From positions 138,342-202,341 of the forward strand of contig CAVWSZ010000005.1 in assembly GCA_963757935.1 (NCBI GenBank): a stretch of 64,000 nt of DNA. Direction: 5' to 3'. A program made the position numbers and the translations under genes. Below, one piece after another: positions 59,211 to 64,000 of this stretch (the stretch's first letter is position 1; every line of letters starts with the position of its first letter). The DNA comes from an uncultured Bacteroidales bacterium (GTDB taxonomy: Bacteria; Bacteroidota; Bacteroidia; Bacteroidales; VadinHA17). The notes beneath the pieces were generated by a model, which had not been told where the DNA came from, did not search any database, and saw only the letters and a program-made list of their open reading frames with translations.

Positions 59211-61995
59211 ATGACTGATGCAATTGAGAAAAGTAATGAAGCCGCAGAGGCAATCAGTATAAGCGAAGCAAGATTAAAACGGGCTGAACTTACATTCAAA
59301 TCAGGTAACTGGGAACTCCATCTTGATTCAAACACAATTATTGCATCTGATGGCGCCAATAAACTATATGGTCTTGCTAAAGGTATGCTTGACTATGAGA
59401 CAATTAAAAACATACCCCTGCCTGAATACCGTCAGTCACTCGATGAAGCACTCAAAAGTCTGATTGAAAAAGATGAACCGTATGACATTGAATTTAAAAT
59501 CAAAGCAATTGATACAGGAGAGATAAAAGATATTCATTCAATCAGTCAGTATGACAGGAGAAACCGGATTGTGTTCGGTGTAATCCAGGATATTACAGAA
59601 AGAAGAAAAGCAGAGGATGCACTCAGGGAAAGTGAAGCCTTTTTAAGCAATCTTCTTAACACAATCCCGATTCCGGTTTTCTATAAAGACCTTGACGGAA
59701 GATACCTTGATGTAAATGATTCCTTTGTTTCTCTTTTTGGCTATAGCAAGGAACAGCTTACCGGCAAAACTGTTTTTGAGTTTCATCCCCCCGAACTGGC
59801 AATGAAATATTCCGAGATGGATAATGAATTGTTTAATGCAAGCACAACACAGGTTTATGAGTCAACGCTTATTGACGGTAATGGCATGGTGCATGATGTT
59901 CAGTTCCATAAAGCTGCCTATAAAAACAGCCGGAATGAGGTTTCAGGGATTATAGGCGCCATTTTGGATATCACTGAACAAAAACGGAGCGGGGAAGCTT
60001 TGCAGAAAAGTGAGAAGAAATTCAGGCATCTCTTTGACAAGTCTCCGCTTGGCAAATCCATGACCGGAATCGATGGTTCCCTGGATGTCAATCAAAGTTT
60101 CTGTGACATGGTAGGTTATACTGCGCAGGAGCTGCAATCATGTGATTGGCGTAGTATTACCCATCCTGATGATATTGAGGTAAGTGACAATCAGGCCAGC
60201 ATGTTGATTAATGGGAGAGATGACAGGACCCGGTTTGAAAAAAGGTTTATACATAAGAATGGCAGAATTGTCTGGGCTGATGTCTCGACCTATCTGGAAC
60301 GAAACGAAAAGGGGGAACCACTCTGGTTCATTACAACGATCAATGATATAACGGATCGTAAAAACCTCGAAAGAGAGAGGTTCAAACTGCTTGACATTGT
60401 TGATAACAGTCTGAATGAAGTTTATTTGTTCGATGCGGAAAGCCTGAAGTTTGAATATGTAAACCATGGTGCCCTGAAAAATACAGGATACACTTTCAAT
60501 GAGATGAGAAGCCTTTCTCCGTTGGATCTCGTGCCCGGTTATATGGAAAAGACTTTAAGGGAGACGATCGCCCCGCTGCTGTCAGGAGAAAAGGAAGTTA
60601 TTGTTTTCAACACGGTTCACCGGAGGAAGAGCGGGATTGAATACCCGGTTGAAGTACATCTTCAGGTGTACAAAGAAAGAAGCAGGAATCTGATGTTTGC
60701 CGTCATCACTGATATTACGGTGCGGAAAAGGGCTGAGGATGAGATCAGAATGCTCAATGAGGAACTCGAGCAGCGCGTGACAGACCGCACAAGACAAGCT
60801 CGAGATAAGTCAGCAAAACTACAAGGAGATTTTTGAAGTGTCTCCGGTTTCGATCTGGAAAGAAGACTGGTCAGAAGTAATTTCGGCCGTGGAAAAACTT
60901 AAAGAGGAAGGCGTAACTGACTTTAAATCATATTTCGATGCACATCCTGAATTTATCAGGTCAGCATTATTGAGTGTCAGAATTATTGATGTGAATCCGG
61001 CTACCCTGGTCCTTTTCGGGGCTCAAAACAAAGAGCAACTGGTGGAATCACTTTCAGCAATATTCTCTACACCTGACGTCCTTCCGGGGTTTGTAGATGA
61101 GATGATAGCTCTCTGCAGCGGATCTGAGATCTTTGAAACTGACCATGCACTCAGGACTCTGGATCAGGATCTGATCCATGTCATTCTTCGTATGGTTTTC
61201 CCCTCCCGGGAATCGGAATCAGGAATTGTGCTTGTGAATCTGACAGACATTACTCTCCGGAAAAAAATTACCGCTGATCTCGAGAAGTCAAAGTTGCAGT
61301 TGCAGGCTGCAAACAAAGAACTTGAGGCATTCAGTTATTCTGTCTCCCATGATTTAAGGGCGCCTCTCAGATCTATTCACAGCTTTACAGGGATTTTGAA
61401 GGAAGATTATGGGGAGGTCCTTGATAATGAGGGAAAAAGGATTTGCGGAATAATTGAATCGAGCGCAATCCGTATGGGCCAGCTTATTGACGACCTGCTG
61501 ACTTTTTCACGCATAGGCAGGAGCGGTCTGAATTTTTTCAGGATCGGTATGGCACAACTTTCCAGGTCAGTATTTCAGGAACTCACCTCACCTGCTGAAA
61601 GAGAGAGGATCTCATTTTCGGTTATGAAACTTCCACCGGCATTCGGGGATCCGGTCCTGGTAAAACAGGTAATGACAAATCTTATTTCAAATGCAATTAA
61701 GTACTCGGCGAAGAAGGAGAAAGCCGAAATAATAATTGGTTCCTACCAGGATAACGATGAAACAGTTTATTATGTCAGAGACAATGGTGTGGGATTCGAT
61801 ATGAAATATGTAAATAAGCTCTTTGGGGTTTTCCAGAGGCTTCACAGTACCATGGAATTTGAGGGCAACGGGGTTGGACTGGCAATAGTAAAACGTATTA
61901 TCCTCCGCCACAGGGGACGGGTATGGGCTGAGGGTAACCCGGACAGAGGCGCTTCATTCTATTTTACCTTGGCCGTTGAAAAGAAACTTGTTTAA
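59211..61995 (+). pseudogene. Multi-PAS sensor histidine kinase (HisKA/HATPase), split by one frame change
   Basis: ORF 59211..60836 has four PAS/PAC units and ends ...EELEQRVTDRTRQ. The next frame reads LEISQQNYKEIFEVSPVSIW into ORF 60838..61995, which has SYSVSHDLRAPLRSI, NLISNAIKY, DNGVGFD, GNGVGLA. The join is near 60798. Confidence 0.8.
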
Positions 61996-62022
61996 TTTGA
62001 ATAAAATATTAAACCAAATGAT

Positions 62023-62466
62023 ATGAATGAGAATGATGTTGTCGAAATTCTGATCGTGGAAGACGATCCCAGAGATGCCGAACTTACACTGCGGGCACTG
62101 AAAAAAAACAACCTTGCAAACAATGTATTTGTTGCCAAGGACGGAGAGGAAGCACTCGAATTTATTTTCTGCAAGGGTAAATTCAAAAACAGGAATTTTA
62201 ATAATCCGCCCAAAGTGATCCTTCTCGACCTCAAACTGCCGAAGGTGGGAGGGCTGGAAATTCTCAGGCTTGTAAAGGGAGACAAAAAGACAACTCACAT
62301 CCCGATTGTTATTGTAACCTCTTCCCGCGAGGAACCGGACATGAAGGAAGCCTATGACCTGGGTGTGAACAGTTATGTGGTTAAGCCTGTCGACTTTGAT
62401 AAGTTTGTCAGTGCAATGAGCAGCCTGGGGTTATACTGGCTGCTTGTCAATCAGCCGCTGAAGTAG
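62023..62466 (+). CDS. Stand-alone receiver-domain response regulator
   Basis: 147 aa: [28 protein letters not shown]. Confidence 0.9.
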   Translation: MNENDVVEILIVEDDPRDAELTLRALKKNNLANNVFVAKDGEEALEFIFCKGKFKNRNFNNPPKVILLDLKLPKVGGLEILRLVKGDKKTTHIPIVIVTSSREEPDMKEAYDLGVNSYVVKPVDFDKFVSAMSSLGLYWLLVNQPLK

Positions 62467-62526
62467 ATTACCCACTGAAGGGCAGCGGCACAATTACAAA
62501 CAGTAATAATTTTTAATACAGTTTTT

Positions 62527-64000
62527 ATGAAAGACCTTATAAAGATCCTTCTTGTGGAAGACGTACCCTCAGATGCGGAGATACTGTGGTATGAGTTAAC
62601 CAGAAACGGGTTACACTTTGAAAAGAAACACGTCGAAACCCGGAAGGATTACGTTTATGAGTTAATGTCGTTCAGGCCCGATCTGATTATTTCTGATTAT
62701 GCTCTGCCCCAGTTTGACGGAATGACAGCCCTCAAGCTGAAAAATGATTTAAGTCCGCTTACCCCTTTTATACTTGTTACAGGCTCTGTGAACGAAGAAA
62801 TTGCTGTTGAATGCATGAAAGCAGGTGCCAATGACTATGTCCTCAAACAGAACCTGTCGCGTCTGATTCCATCCATCCGGGCAGCCATGTCCAAAACAGA
62901 GATCCTCCTTGAAAAGGAAGCAGCGGAAAAGGAACTGAGGGAGAGCGAAGAAAAGTTCCGCAGTATCTTTGAAAATGTGCAGGACCTCTATTATGAATCT
63001 TCACTCGATGGCACCCTGCTGGAAATCAGTCCATCGATACTGGCGCTTTCACACGGACAGTATAAAAGGGAAGACCTCATTGGTATGTCAATGTCAGAAT
63101 TATACTCATTTCCTGAAGAACGTCAATTGCTGATGAACCGATTGGGTGAGAAGGGAAGTATCACTGACTATGAGATTACAATGAGGAACCGTGACGGCTC
63201 CCTGGTTTCCTGCTCGGTATCGGCAAAATTGCTTTTCGGGTCCGACGGAAATCCGGTAAAAATTATCGGCAGCATGCGCGATATAAGTGAACGTAAAAAA
63301 GCGGAGGAAGCCCTGAAACAAAGCTATGCGTTCAGTGAGTCATTGCTCAGGACAATCCCGTTCGGAATGGATATTGTTGATGAAGAGGGAAACATTTTAT
63401 TCCAGAGTGATAATTTCAAAAGACTTTTTGGAGAGAAGACCATCGGAAAGAAATGCTGGGAGGTTTACAGAGATGATAAGACACAGTGCATTGACTGCCC
63501 CCTGAAAAAGCCTATCACTATTGGCGAAACAGCCGCTTATGAATCATACGGTGTTCTGGGCAACAGAATATTCGAAATAAATCATACGGGAATGCTTTAC
63601 AACGGCAAAAAAGCATTGCTCGAACTGTTTCAGGATATTACCGAACGCAAGAAAATGGAGCAAAAGGTAATTGAATCTGAAGCTTATTACCGTACCCTGA
63701 TCGATGTATCACCTGACGGAATTATTATTACTGATATCACCGGAATCGTTTCCTACTGCTCCCTTAAAGCCCTTGAAATATTTGGCGTACCGAACGGTGA
63801 AAAGGCAGTCGGAACACCAATCCTGAACTGGCTGGCGCCTGATTCTCATAATCTGGTAATGGAACGATTCAATCATATTGTTTTGGGAAATACAGCACCC
63901 GAGACCAGGGAATACGAACTTCGAAAATTTGACGGTACAATTTTCTGGGGAGAACTCTCATCCTCCCCGCTTACAGGTGCAAACGGTACTCCTGCCGAAA
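62527..64000 (+). CDS. Receiver + multi-PAS signalling protein, 3' end outside window
   Basis: It is missing from the ORF track because there is no stop in the window. The ATG at 62527 gives MKDLIKILLVEDVPSDAEIL, then DLIISDYALPQ, YVLKQ, then at least three PAS units (EEKFRSIFENVQD, SESLLRTIPFG, EAYYRTLIDVSPDG). The frame is open to nt 64000. Confidence 0.85.
   Translation, partial: MKDLIKILLVEDVPSDAEILWYELTRNGLHFEKKHVETRKDYVYELMSFRPDLIISDYALPQFDGMTALKLKNDLSPLTPFILVTGSVNEEIAVECMKAGANDYVLKQNLSRLIPSIRAAMSKTEILLEKEAAEKELRESEEKFRSIFENVQDLYYESSLDGTLLEISPSILALSHGQYKREDLIGMSMSELYSFPEERQLLMNRLGEKGSITDYEITMRNRDGSLVSCSVSAKLLFGSDGNPVKIIGSMRDISERKKAEEALKQSYAFSESLLRTIPFGMDIVDEEGNILFQSDNFKRLFGEKTIGKKCWEVYRDDKTQCIDCPLKKPITIGETAAYESYGVLGNRIFEINHTGMLYNGKKALLELFQDITERKKMEQKVIESEAYYRTLIDVSPDGIIITDITGIVSYCSLKALEIFGVPNGEKAVGTPILNWLAPDSHNLVMERFNHIVLGNTAPETREYELRKFDGTIFWGELSSSPLTGANGTPAE

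Noticed and set aside
10911-61995. Programmed +1 ribosomal frameshifting as the explanation for the split genes
   Set aside because: The junctions share no slippery or stall motif. The genes are functionally unrelated, and one of them has two shifts. Sequence error or decay is the simpler explanation.

Overview
This window looks like a core chromosomal region of a Bacteroidota bacterium, probably an anaerobe. The taxon call rests on gldD/gldE gliding genes, a T9SS C-terminal sorting domain, the nadK-uppS-bamA-skp-skp-murI block, TAnnTTTG -7 promoter boxes with no Shine-Dalgarno sites, and KorAB 2-oxoacid:ferredoxin oxidoreductase. About 65 protein genes are dense on both strands. They include housekeeping genes (rpoA 3' end, rplQ, eno, hisS, ychF, ssb, HU, RNase E/G, pth, rplY, prs, engB, udk, pdxJ, nadK, fabD, folE, queD), two ECF sigma modules, transporters, and a PAS/histidine-kinase/response-regulator cluster from about 56.3 kb to the window end. 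I found no tRNA, rRNA, CRISPR array, transposase, integrase or recognisable defence system, and I cannot point to a clear novel multi-gene system. The strongest signal is technical or evolutionary: at least ten conserved genes are split by single-base frame changes, nine of which need the same +1 correction. That suggests insertion-biased assembly error rather than biology, but reads are needed to decide. Other items worth checking:
- a 1148-aa GAF-like / pseudo-receiver / receiver / ATP-grasp (PPDK_N-like) protein downstream of korAB;
- an archaeal-type GGGP synthase coupled to an Sfp-type PPTase in the ssb-gldE-gldD operon;
- an imperfect heptanucleotide tract in a structured 377-nt intergenic region;
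- an unannotated 30-aa bS22-like ORF;
- a secreted protein with a Tyr/Ser/Pro repeat.
All family calls come from reading the translations by eye. No searches or computations were run.
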